From a virus, in the IMG/VR virus record IMGVR_UViG_3300005805_000058, positions 1 through 64,000 of that record: a stretch of 64,000 bases of DNA, one strand, 5' to 3'. Both the position numbers and the translations under genes were made by a program. A model generated the notes under the pieces. The model was not told the origin of the DNA and searched no databases. It saw only the letters and a program-made list of their open reading frames with translations. This document shows positions 28,101-37,054 of the stretch, piece by piece. Numbering within the stretch: position 1 is the stretch's first letter; each line of letters opens with the position of its first letter.

Positions 28101-31100
28101 GTAAAGCAGGTGCTCCTGTAGATCCTACAAAAACAATAGCATTAGTGGTAATGGGTATTGATCCTATCACTAATGAGAAGTATTTTGTAGGTGTTGATGG
28201 TAAAAAACTTGATAAACCCACGCTTGATAACACTATATACCAAACATTTCCTGAAAACCTAACATGGTCTGGTGGTGATTCTATGTTTAGAGAAGGCACT
28301 TCTGAGGATGTTAGAAAAGCTCTTATACAAGATTTTAACAAGTGGAGAGAGAATACATTACTGAATCCTTCAATAGACTTGTACAAGATACAAGCATCAT
28401 TTGGTGTTCCTCAATATGAAGGTGAGCTTGATCAAAAGAATGTTTTCCAATTTGACTACACAGCAACTGTTCCTGTAGAAGATTCTGCACTTATTACAGA
28501 AACAGACTTAAGAACTAGAAGAGTGGTGGGTGTTCCCACTACAGACGGTGCTGTTGTGTATGGAACTTCTACATTTAATGATGTAAAAGGTGTTCCGTTG
28601 TTATACACTAAGAATGGACTTGTTAGACTTAACAATAGACAGATTAGCAAGAACGAAGCTTCATTGATATATGATGCAATAGTTAAACTATCTGACAACT
28701 TATTCAGAGATGGTAATCTCAAGAGCAACGAATCTGTAATGCTCTACAACTGGCTTAAGTCAGTTATATACTGGGGTACTCCTAAAGATGCACAAGGTAA
28801 TAGAAAGCGTGCTAGATTTAGCAGTGTGTTCTTTGAGAATATGGAACTTATCATGGGTAAGGAAGAAAAGAAGTTTTCTCTTAAACCCACTGAGCTCAAG
28901 AAGAACAAAGCTGCTATTATTGAGGAGCTACAGAAAATGTATAATAACGTAAATTCCACTCTTGTATCTGGAGGACAGACAAAAGATTGGAACAAGAAAT
29001 ATACAGAAATCACAGCAATCACTCCTGAAGGAATACAAACAAAAGAATGGAAGAACTATCAAACGTTCCTTCTTTCTGCAAAGAATCCTGATGGTAGTGC
29101 AAGAAATGCAAAGACTATTCCTCTCACAACTAGGATTAGACCTTTAAAGAATGCTGAAGATACAAACAGAAAGGGTATTTATTTCACAGTGATAGATAAG
29201 AAGGGTAACACTTCTCAAGAGGTGACACCCACTACCCCTGAGAAAAAGGTGGTTGTAAAACCTGCCACACCTGAAGAAGCTAAGAAGGAACAACCTGTAA
29301 AGCAGTTTGATTTAACAACAAAAGATGCTGAGAATATTTTACCTTCAAAGCTTGGAAATATTCCATTCAAAGTGGATATTGAAAAGTTCAAAGAAACAGA
29401 TGGTACACAAGGTATATCTCTTCTTGATCCAGCAACAGATCCTGCATACAAGATAGTGCTAGATAGCGCAGTTGCAAAACTTGCAACAATACCTAACAGT
29501 GGTATTACAGAGGAAACTTCTGATGAAGATGCTATTAAAATAGCTGAGAACATCTTTAGAAACATTGTTAGAAATGAGGTGAAGAAGCAATTAGCTCCTG
29601 CTCCAGCAGTTGAAGGAACTAATTTACAAAACATGGCGCAAGCAGCATCTGCTATAGGAAATGCGCTTGTTGATAAGTTAATTGAAGAGATTGAAAAAGG
29701 AAGTTATTTCTCCAGTAAAAAAGAAGTAGTTGATGAATTATTAGAAGATGCTAGATTAAAAGATTACGAAGCTGTTCAAACTAGTAAACAGTTTGGAAAA
29801 AATACTGTACAAGGATATACTATAGTAAAAAAGAAAAAAGCTCCTGTTGTTACAGATGCTAAAGCTGATATAGAAAGAAGAAGGCAAGAAGAACTTAAAA
29901 AAGAATTTGGTAGAAATTTAGAACTTGTTAAATCTGAACGAAAACCTGTTATATCAAGAACACCTGATTTAGTTAAATTGTCTTCTGATCCAGAAATAGC
30001 AGATGCAAGAGCACAAGAAGTTATTGATAAATATAATGCAATCAATGCTAAATATGATGCAGAACTAGCTGCTTTAGAAGAAACTAAACCTACAGAAGTT
30101 AAAGTTGGATCAGAAGTAACTATTAATACTACAGAAAGTTCATTTAAAGTAACATTAAAAACATTTACTCAAAAAGGAGATGCTGTTGAACTTTCCTATG
30201 TAAATAGATACAATGTACAAATAGGATATAGAGGTAAAGTTAAAGATGGTATTTTATATCCAACAGAAAGCTTTAATCCTAAGTCTGGATGGAAATCTTT
30301 ATCTACAGCAACTTATGTTGATATCAATCTTGGCCAAGTGCCTGCAGCAAAACCTGCTGTTGCTCCTAGTTTACAAGATAGGATTAATCAAAGGAAACAA
30401 GCTGGACCTACCAAAAGAGGTAGTGATTTCAGAATGATGCTAGCTCAGGATATGAAGAAGTTCAAACCTGAGAACTGGAATGATGTTGAAAGATTCCTTA
30501 AAGCAACCTATCCAAACATCCCTGTATATAGAGTTAAGAATTACATTGTAGCTGCTAATGGAAGAAGAGCACACGGTATGTTCCAAGATGGTGCCATCTA
30601 TCTATCTGAAACTGCAGAAGTGGGTACAGTGTACCATGAGGTGTTCCATGCTATATGGCAAACTCTTACTAGTCCTGAAGAACGTGCTAACATTGCTGAT
30701 GAATTCAGAAGCAGAGAAGGAATGTTCTTTGACAGAGCTAGTTTAAAGAATGTTAAATACTCTGAAGCTACAGATAAGCAAATAGAAGAAAAGCTTGCTG
30801 AAGAACTTAGAGATTATTTCCAAGAGGGTAAGGTTCCACAGAAACCAGCAAAAGCTAAACAATCATGGATAGCTAGATTGTTTTCTGACATAGCTAACTT
30901 CTTCAAGACATTCTTCACTGGGGAGAATGCTAAATCAAATACAGAGAAACTATTTGCTAAAATAGGTTCTGGTTATTTCAAACAAGCCACTCCACATGAC
31001 TCACCTCTATCCTTTGCTAAGAAAGGATTCATTGATGTAGAGAATGTTGTTGGTGGTGAGCTAGCTGATTATAGCTTAGATGTATTCACAGGTGAGCAGG

Positions 31101-34100
31101 TGCATGACTTAGTGCAGCACATGACTTACATCACTGTAAGAGATTTGTTTGAAGAGAACGAAGGATTGTTTGAGATAACAAAAGAAAAGAAATCTGAGAG
31201 ATTCAAAAAGCTCCAAGATGAACTTGGTGACTTGATGGCTGATAACATTACAGAGTTGGAAAGAATGGTAACTGAAGGAGAAACCACTGCTTCAGAAGCT
31301 GATATACTGATTGGTCATTATAACAATCTCTATGAGAACATAATAAACGAGTGGGAAGGTTTAACAGAGAAATTTGAAGAAAATCTCAAAACTTATTCAA
31401 TTGAGTTTGATGAGAATGATGATATTAACCTAGCTAGTGATGAGAAAGAAAAGGATGGTCCTGGTACAGATGCTAGAAAGATAGACACAATGAGGAAAAC
31501 TAACGCTGCTGTAAAGCTGTTGTTAGCTAGTCTTCCTGTTATTAGTCCTAATGGAAGTGAAGCACTTTCATCTATAGGTGGATATACATTGCTTCCTATG
31601 AGTGAAATATTCATGGGTGTTATGAACAATGTTCATAATTCTAGAAGCATGACAGAAATGTTAAATAGGATTAAGGCTATGGCAGCTGATGATCCTAAAT
31701 ACAGAAAACTGTACAACCGCCTCTCTAAGCTCAAGAATATAAATGAATTAACAGATGAGCATGACTTACAACTTCTTGCTGCATTCTGGAGATCATTCAA
31801 AAAGCAAAGCCCTGATGTAAAAACTGTATACATCCTTGATAATGGAGACATTGTTGTAGGTGATGCCAACTTCACCACTGCGTCTAGACAGGTGAAGGAA
31901 GAGTTCTTGAATAGCATAAAAGAAACAATCAGTAAGGGAAGTAAGTATTTTAAGAAAGCTGAGAACGGTAAGTCTTACATAGGAAATGAGGAAGCTATAA
32001 AGGGTGATGTTAAACTTGCTAAGGACAATCTTGCTGCACAAGTTTCCTTTATGAAGGAACTTGGAATTGAGTTTGATCTAGACAAACTTTCTATTATACC
32101 AGAAAGAACAAAGTTTGCTGAGGCGGTGAATGGTATTAGAACCAGTATTGCTGGTGCTAAATCTATAGTGAGTGTTGGTGGTAGATCATTGAGCATAGAC
32201 GGACGCTTGCGTGAGCTTGCTGAGATTAAAGCTAAGATGGACAATCCTGAGTTCAGCAGTACATATTACAATGTTAATGGTGAACTTACACAAACATTTA
32301 TTGGTACAAACGCAGCTAGTGATTTGTATGACATGCTTTCTCAGATAAAGAATCTAAGTGAGCTTGAGAATACACAATACTCATACCTACTTACAGACAG
32401 CTTTGCGAAGAACTCTGTGTTCTTGTATAAGATGTTTGACAGAGAATCAGGTGATCGTATTGCTGATACAGAGAACTTGATGAAAACAGGTTATGCTGAT
32501 GGTATTGTAGATCAAAAGAAAGGTAAACAAATAGAGTCTTCTAGACTTAACCAAAAGCAAAGACTTGTACAAGAGCTCAATCTTAATACAGCAGGATACT
32601 ATCTAAACCTAATTCCTGGAGATGCGTCTATTGGATGGATGCAATACACAGGTAACACTATAGATAAGTCAGACATCTTAACAAGCTATAAGACTGTACA
32701 TGACATCTTCAAAGGTTATCTAGAGGATGAGATTGCTCTTGCTAGGGAAAATCGTCCTGTTGTTGAAGGTAGAAAGTCTGATGAACTTCGTTTCTTCAAG
32801 GGCATTCTTGGTGATAAGTTGCAAGCTGACGTATTAGCTCAAGACACTATAAAGGATGTTTATGATGCTTATGAAAAAGAAATCAATGATGCAATTGATG
32901 CATTTATTAACAGACAAGTAGAAAGATTAAAGACAGACTTGTTAGAATATGGTGCATTGGTTCTTGAAGATAATAAGTATAAGACACAAGAACTTGCTTT
33001 TGGTAAAGAAGCAATGAGTGAAGAAGAGCTTAACACAGAACTTGCTGCTCTTTCCATCAACTTTGCCATCAACAATATAGAGCTCCACAAACTCCTCTAT
33101 TCTGATCCATATCAGTATAAGGATGAGCTTAAGCGTACAAAGAGCTTTAACTCTCCACGTCAGTCTATTATAAATAGTTCTGATGAGATGAACACTGCAC
33201 TTAATGTTACGTGGAACAAGTCTTTCAAAGAAGGGGACCCTGGTCATACAAACTTTGATAGAGATTATTTTAGAGGTGCAACACTAGAAGACGCAAGTGC
33301 TACTAGCGATCTAAAGGATTATAAAATCTTTGAGGAAACAGATGGTGGTGGTATTATTTTACTTAAAGCACTTCGTAACTTTAAGCTAAGAGCTGGTGAG
33401 TGGGATAGTGACCAAGAAAAGCAATACAAATATGATATTGCTTGGGAGAAAAGAGATAAGAAACAAAAGCTCACAAACTCAGACAAGAATGCACTTAAGA
33501 AAGGAAACCCTGGTGTAAAACGTACATACACTCCAATTAAGCCTATTGTTTCTGGTAACAAAGCTAATGGTAGATCTTATAATGATGTTGTCCTAGACAA
33601 GTTCGCTCTTTATCCATTCTCCTACAGAATCCTAAAAGAGATTAATCCTACATCAAATGCTGTTAAGTTATATGACAAGATGCAGAAAGAGGATGTTGAT
33701 TATGCAGTGTTTGCTAGTGGTAGAAAGGTGGGTGCTGAGAATGTATTCCCTCTATACAAAGATGGTAAGTTTAATGAGGATGATTTTGTTTCTGAAGAGG
33801 AAAAGGAAAACCCTCTAGGTCCACAGACAGTGTTGAACATACCATTTGCAATAATGAGTATTCAGTCTGATGTTCCTTCTAAAGATGAGTCTCTTGTAAC
33901 CAGAGGTAGTCAGATGACCAAGCTTGTCACTCTTGATATGATGGAAGCTGGTGTACCTATTGATTTCAAATCTGGAGAAGATTTCAATGCTAGATATGTA
34001 GCTTGGAATGCTTTGGATGAGGATGAGAAGATAGCAACATCTGAGCTATATAAAGAAATAAAGAACAACCAAGATATTCTTGAAGCATTAGTTGAAGAAG

Positions 34101-37054
34101 GTGTTAATGAACTCACCAGTGAGTTTGGTCTTACAAAAACTCCTGAAGGATATAAGATTGACAGTATTGAGAAGGTTGCTGATGCACTTAGAAAAGAAAT
34201 CACTAAGAGAGAGGTGAATGATAACATCAGTGCTGCTCTCAAAGGATTCAAGAATGGTGATACATTCCTTGAAGCCACTCCTGCATACCAGCAGATAAGA
34301 AACATTCTCTACTCAATTGCTGATAGAGCTGTAATGTCTCCAAAGATGAGTGGTGGTATGAAGGTACAGATTCCTTCTACCCTTCTTGAAAGTGGTGATA
34401 GGATTGTAGCTAAGAACGGTGCTCTTACATCAGATGTTCTTAAGTTCTATGAAAAAGATGGTGAACGTGTAGCTGAGATTATGGTGGGTAGATGGTTTGA
34501 AAGTGATATGTCTGATGAAGAATTATTAACCTACTTGAATGAAACTGAGGAAGGACAAAAGCTTCTTAAGGGTGTGGCATTCCGTATTCCTACACAGAAA
34601 CAAAACTCTATTGATGTATTTAAGATAAAAAAGTTCCTTCCTGAGGAATATGGTGATTCTGTGGTGATTCCTTCTGCTTTGGTTAAGAAGGTGGGATCTG
34701 ACTTTGATATTGATAAACTCAACATCTATCTCAAGAATGTAGATGATTCTGGAGCAACACCAAGACTTATTCCTTTCCAAGGAACATCAGAAGATGTAAG
34801 AAAGAGATTTAAAAATAGAAGAGATTTCAAGAAGTCTCTTGAGAATGGATATATTGAGTCTTTGGAGAAACTAGTTTCAAATCCTCTCAACTTTGAGAAT
34901 CTAGTTAAACCTAACTCTGCAGATGATTTAAAAAAGATATCTAAGGATATTGTAAATAAACTTGGACTGGGTACGTTTGATTACAACGATCCTATTAACA
35001 TGCTTGACAGAAGATTCATGTCTAGATTACGTCATGCGTTTGTAACAGGTAAGTATGCAATTGGTATTGCAGCTGTAAACCAAACCAACCACTCTCTGAA
35101 TCAGCGTCAGCCTATTTATATTGATGTTAATAGAGCTGACTTGTCAAGACAGGATGCAGAATGGCTTGGTGATGGTTCAATTAAGTTTAGAGAATACAAC
35201 ACAATAGATGTTGATGGTAAGGCTAGACCTACAGTGTCAATGATTAAGAATAAGGCTGGAGATAACATCTCAGATATTCTTGGTCAGATGATTGATGGAT
35301 ATGTGGATATCTCTAAGGATACATGGATTATTGAGATGGGTATCACTCCTAACGTAGCATCTACGTGGATGCTTCTTGTAAAGCTAGGCGTACCTGCTGA
35401 AAGTGTATCTTATTTCATGAACCAACCTATCATTCGTGATTTCCTTCGTGAGCTTGAGAAGAAAGGATCTACGTGGTTGTTTGATGTGAAGTTGATGAAG
35501 AGGATGATAATGAAGTATAAGGGTACAGGAATAAGAATCACTGAGATTCCTTCTGACAAAGAGATGCTTGAGATGATTGGTAAGAAGACTCTCACTGCTG
35601 TTGAAAAGACAGAACAGCAATTCATCCTTCGTGAGTTCCTTAAATACGCAAAGATGGGTCAACAGTTGTTCTATGTAACACAAGGAACCAACTTTGACAC
35701 TAGCTCATTTAACGATCCATTCTTGTTATCTAAGAAGTTGTATATGCTAGACAAAGCTAGAAATACAATATTCTCTTCAGCAGATGGACTACTTGACAAC
35801 TCCTTCTTAGGAAAACTAAAAGATGGTATTGTTGATGTTAGAGAAGCTATTGCTGAAATCCTTAAAATGGATAAGGGTAATGTTAGACAGCTTCTATTAG
35901 ATGTACTTGCTCCATACTTTGATCAAAACGATAGAGACTTCATAAGAACATCTCAGAGAGCTGTAACAACACTTATAGACTGGGCTGTACAAACAGAGAA
36001 GAATCTAAATGAGAAGATTGAAGAGTTCCTTCTTTCAAAAGAAAAGAACGTAGCTAAGAGAATCACTGACTTCATAAACTCAATCAAGCCTGAAGATCCT
36101 ATAGCTAACAACCCTGTTGTTAAGAATCTGAAGCCAAACTTTGCTGATCCTCTTGTAGCAGGCGAGGTTAACAATCTCTATCTGAAGAACAAGACTAACA
36201 AGGTGTATGATCAAAACCAGATTATATATGGATTCAAAGAACTTAAGAACTACTTAAAGAGCCAGAACAATATTGAGCTATACAATGATTTAGTTACATT
36301 GTCTATTCTACAATCTGGTTTGTCACAATCTACAGTATCCTTTACATCTATTCTTCCTTACGATGATGTAAAAGAAACATACAATGATGTAATTGGTAAC
36401 TTGTCAGCTAAGGCTAACCTCCAAGATTTCAAGAAATTGAATGTGTTCGAAAGGACATTCTGGAACTATGATGATGTAGTTCCTCACAAGGAGGCTGAAC
36501 GCAGAGTTGATTGGCAGACAGGATTCCCTACATACAATGAGAACATGCTGTTCAGACTAGACATCTATAATGCAATGAAGAAGAAAGAACTTCCTATTCT
36601 TCTTAGAATACCTGAGAATAGCAAAGAAGCAAACTATGATGTCATTGTATACACATATGAAAAACAACTAACTCCTGCAAAGAAAAGAGAAATGAGGCAG
36701 GCTGGTGACTATTCATACATAAACAAAGGACTGTTCAAGAAGGTGGGAATGGTTGGTAACAATTTCATCTACAAAGCTATTAATGCTTGGGGAGATGGTA
36801 TATATGCCAAGGAGTTCTACTCTGTTCCACAGAAATCTAAAATAGACAATGGTATATTTAAATCTGATGAAACTATCACAGATGCAAAAATAATGTCTTA
36901 TTTTGGCGTAACTTTGGAAGAACCAATACTAGAAGAAGATGTACCTTTGGAAGAACCTAGTGAGATTGTTCCTGAGCAAGCTGCAGAACAAAAAACTATA
37001 AAACCAGAAGGACTTCCTTCTATTGATGACACTAACAAAAACAATTGTGGATAA
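25121..37054 (+). CDS. Virion-packaged DNA-dependent RNA polymerase (phi14:2 gp66-like) with N-terminal membrane-like segments and a zincin domain
   Basis: 3977 aa; RIPTQ..NS (from about 34583) and GSDFDIDKL (DFDIDK at 34700-34717), the catalytic motif of crAss-type RNAPs; HEVFH (30635-30649) followed by EEKLAE. Confidence 0.92.
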   Translation: MPEEKIINLGGTIEGFPVQETGSFNGGNGVPASLSVNDIYNSIGTKPVGRPSISIDSFYTGDRYLASLPGTDTEEMAAQQQSSGAKWVNAIGKMVGTATGSFVSGTAGLVYGIGKAAYDGKFSSLYNNEVTQSMDEMSKYLEDALPNYYTAKERDADWWAPDNLLTANFWADKVLKNLGYSAGAIGGGLAWGSLFKAIGLTNKLVKAGRALELVTETEKAMTAVPRVQQFATMQNTLTSLGKKFLQGPASSILKSSDRILTSAMGTFGEASLEGLMNMNDFRQKAIEDYKATYGVAPTGAALDEINEYSEKVGNFTWGFNTLLLTGTNYIQLPKILGSSRKNDKMLLGDIERDLSKPIGSQWYTPRPGLLQKTKGAAGLFFSKTEAFEEGAQFAIQTGTDAFFNRAYENREDISSFWSNLASVFEGTMNEGIEKTLDTKEGMESILIGGLSGGIQQIRGNVKQEGFFGTGGERARNTEIALSALNKTGTQKVLKDQVNFSAIAINSQRLRQEAIANNDILSEKDYERDYALSYIMPRVKYGKTDSIYEEVDNYVQQAMSDEGFNELKSEGIIAEDETRESFIKRASGVKELAKNTEKLYSQINDRYSAYVDSNGDRIFSDAVVDRMVYAASKVSDYDVRIPDLNASLITAGIDTQSVLEGIIENNEPSVEATKAALDKINAMNIISEEKDTLKRDLQDIIELSLRRKLFIDDYEGIRRNPTAYKEVDKIVDTEEPVVVKQSVVSEETKRKKTVEKELELGKEYSLKQVAKVEKGKLQLAPKITVMSKTLGGEYEVRLPDGTETFLKPEEFKQYQVTEQEIDPKQIESIVDEAIDTVLAKKKYKNIDKPTENKLSYVNSLGNQELLNDIEKEVERRSEELIAEITKEDELAEQASLTKALEETSDIGIQTTDINTGSFEPDAKKTDQEVLDSTKPPVEGYSQKESLAEHHVRANRFGANYYSFPNNENFRGVIVTQKNEAQVGVPGLMQHLKDKGKAGAPVDPTKTIALVVMGIDPITNEKYFVGVDGKKLDKPTLDNTIYQTFPENLTWSGGDSMFREGTSEDVRKALIQDFNKWRENTLLNPSIDLYKIQASFGVPQYEGELDQKNVFQFDYTATVPVEDSALITETDLRTRRVVGVPTTDGAVVYGTSTFNDVKGVPLLYTKNGLVRLNNRQISKNEASLIYDAIVKLSDNLFRDGNLKSNESVMLYNWLKSVIYWGTPKDAQGNRKRARFSSVFFENMELIMGKEEKKFSLKPTELKKNKAAIIEELQKMYNNVNSTLVSGGQTKDWNKKYTEITAITPEGIQTKEWKNYQTFLLSAKNPDGSARNAKTIPLTTRIRPLKNAEDTNRKGIYFTVIDKKGNTSQEVTPTTPEKKVVVKPATPEEAKKEQPVKQFDLTTKDAENILPSKLGNIPFKVDIEKFKETDGTQGISLLDPATDPAYKIVLDSAVAKLATIPNSGITEETSDEDAIKIAENIFRNIVRNEVKKQLAPAPAVEGTNLQNMAQAASAIGNALVDKLIEEIEKGSYFSSKKEVVDELLEDARLKDYEAVQTSKQFGKNTVQGYTIVKKKKAPVVTDAKADIERRRQEELKKEFGRNLELVKSERKPVISRTPDLVKLSSDPEIADARAQEVIDKYNAINAKYDAELAALEETKPTEVKVGSEVTINTTESSFKVTLKTFTQKGDAVELSYVNRYNVQIGYRGKVKDGILYPTESFNPKSGWKSLSTATYVDINLGQVPAAKPAVAPSLQDRINQRKQAGPTKRGSDFRMMLAQDMKKFKPENWNDVERFLKATYPNIPVYRVKNYIVAANGRRAHGMFQDGAIYLSETAEVGTVYHEVFHAIWQTLTSPEERANIADEFRSREGMFFDRASLKNVKYSEATDKQIEEKLAEELRDYFQEGKVPQKPAKAKQSWIARLFSDIANFFKTFFTGENAKSNTEKLFAKIGSGYFKQATPHDSPLSFAKKGFIDVENVVGGELADYSLDVFTGEQVHDLVQHMTYITVRDLFEENEGLFEITKEKKSERFKKLQDELGDLMADNITELERMVTEGETTASEADILIGHYNNLYENIINEWEGLTEKFEENLKTYSIEFDENDDINLASDEKEKDGPGTDARKIDTMRKTNAAVKLLLASLPVISPNGSEALSSIGGYTLLPMSEIFMGVMNNVHNSRSMTEMLNRIKAMAADDPKYRKLYNRLSKLKNINELTDEHDLQLLAAFWRSFKKQSPDVKTVYILDNGDIVVGDANFTTASRQVKEEFLNSIKETISKGSKYFKKAENGKSYIGNEEAIKGDVKLAKDNLAAQVSFMKELGIEFDLDKLSIIPERTKFAEAVNGIRTSIAGAKSIVSVGGRSLSIDGRLRELAEIKAKMDNPEFSSTYYNVNGELTQTFIGTNAASDLYDMLSQIKNLSELENTQYSYLLTDSFAKNSVFLYKMFDRESGDRIADTENLMKTGYADGIVDQKKGKQIESSRLNQKQRLVQELNLNTAGYYLNLIPGDASIGWMQYTGNTIDKSDILTSYKTVHDIFKGYLEDEIALARENRPVVEGRKSDELRFFKGILGDKLQADVLAQDTIKDVYDAYEKEINDAIDAFINRQVERLKTDLLEYGALVLEDNKYKTQELAFGKEAMSEEELNTELAALSINFAINNIELHKLLYSDPYQYKDELKRTKSFNSPRQSIINSSDEMNTALNVTWNKSFKEGDPGHTNFDRDYFRGATLEDASATSDLKDYKIFEETDGGGIILLKALRNFKLRAGEWDSDQEKQYKYDIAWEKRDKKQKLTNSDKNALKKGNPGVKRTYTPIKPIVSGNKANGRSYNDVVLDKFALYPFSYRILKEINPTSNAVKLYDKMQKEDVDYAVFASGRKVGAENVFPLYKDGKFNEDDFVSEEEKENPLGPQTVLNIPFAIMSIQSDVPSKDESLVTRGSQMTKLVTLDMMEAGVPIDFKSGEDFNARYVAWNALDEDEKIATSELYKEIKNNQDILEALVEEGVNELTSEFGLTKTPEGYKIDSIEKVADALRKEITKREVNDNISAALKGFKNGDTFLEATPAYQQIRNILYSIADRAVMSPKMSGGMKVQIPSTLLESGDRIVAKNGALTSDVLKFYEKDGERVAEIMVGRWFESDMSDEELLTYLNETEEGQKLLKGVAFRIPTQKQNSIDVFKIKKFLPEEYGDSVVIPSALVKKVGSDFDIDKLNIYLKNVDDSGATPRLIPFQGTSEDVRKRFKNRRDFKKSLENGYIESLEKLVSNPLNFENLVKPNSADDLKKISKDIVNKLGLGTFDYNDPINMLDRRFMSRLRHAFVTGKYAIGIAAVNQTNHSLNQRQPIYIDVNRADLSRQDAEWLGDGSIKFREYNTIDVDGKARPTVSMIKNKAGDNISDILGQMIDGYVDISKDTWIIEMGITPNVASTWMLLVKLGVPAESVSYFMNQPIIRDFLRELEKKGSTWLFDVKLMKRMIMKYKGTGIRITEIPSDKEMLEMIGKKTLTAVEKTEQQFILREFLKYAKMGQQLFYVTQGTNFDTSSFNDPFLLSKKLYMLDKARNTIFSSADGLLDNSFLGKLKDGIVDVREAIAEILKMDKGNVRQLLLDVLAPYFDQNDRDFIRTSQRAVTTLIDWAVQTEKNLNEKIEEFLLSKEKNVAKRITDFINSIKPEDPIANNPVVKNLKPNFADPLVAGEVNNLYLKNKTNKVYDQNQIIYGFKELKNYLKSQNNIELYNDLVTLSILQSGLSQSTVSFTSILPYDDVKETYNDVIGNLSAKANLQDFKKLNVFERTFWNYDDVVPHKEAERRVDWQTGFPTYNENMLFRLDIYNAMKKKELPILLRIPENSKEANYDVIVYTYEKQLTPAKKREMRQAGDYSYINKGLFKKVGMVGNNFIYKAINAWGDGIYAKEFYSVPQKSKIDNGIFKSDETITDAKIMSYFGVTLEEPILEEDVPLEEPSEIVPEQAAEQKTIKPEGLPSIDDTNKNNCG

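Noticed and set aside
36909-36949. TAACTTTG and TACCTTTG inside the RNAP 3' end as a promoter for the 37054 gene
   Set aside because: No correctly spaced -33 box (the nearest TTTG is 25 nt from TACCTTTG), both copies encode the same LEEP peptide repeat, and the downstream gene is translationally coupled.
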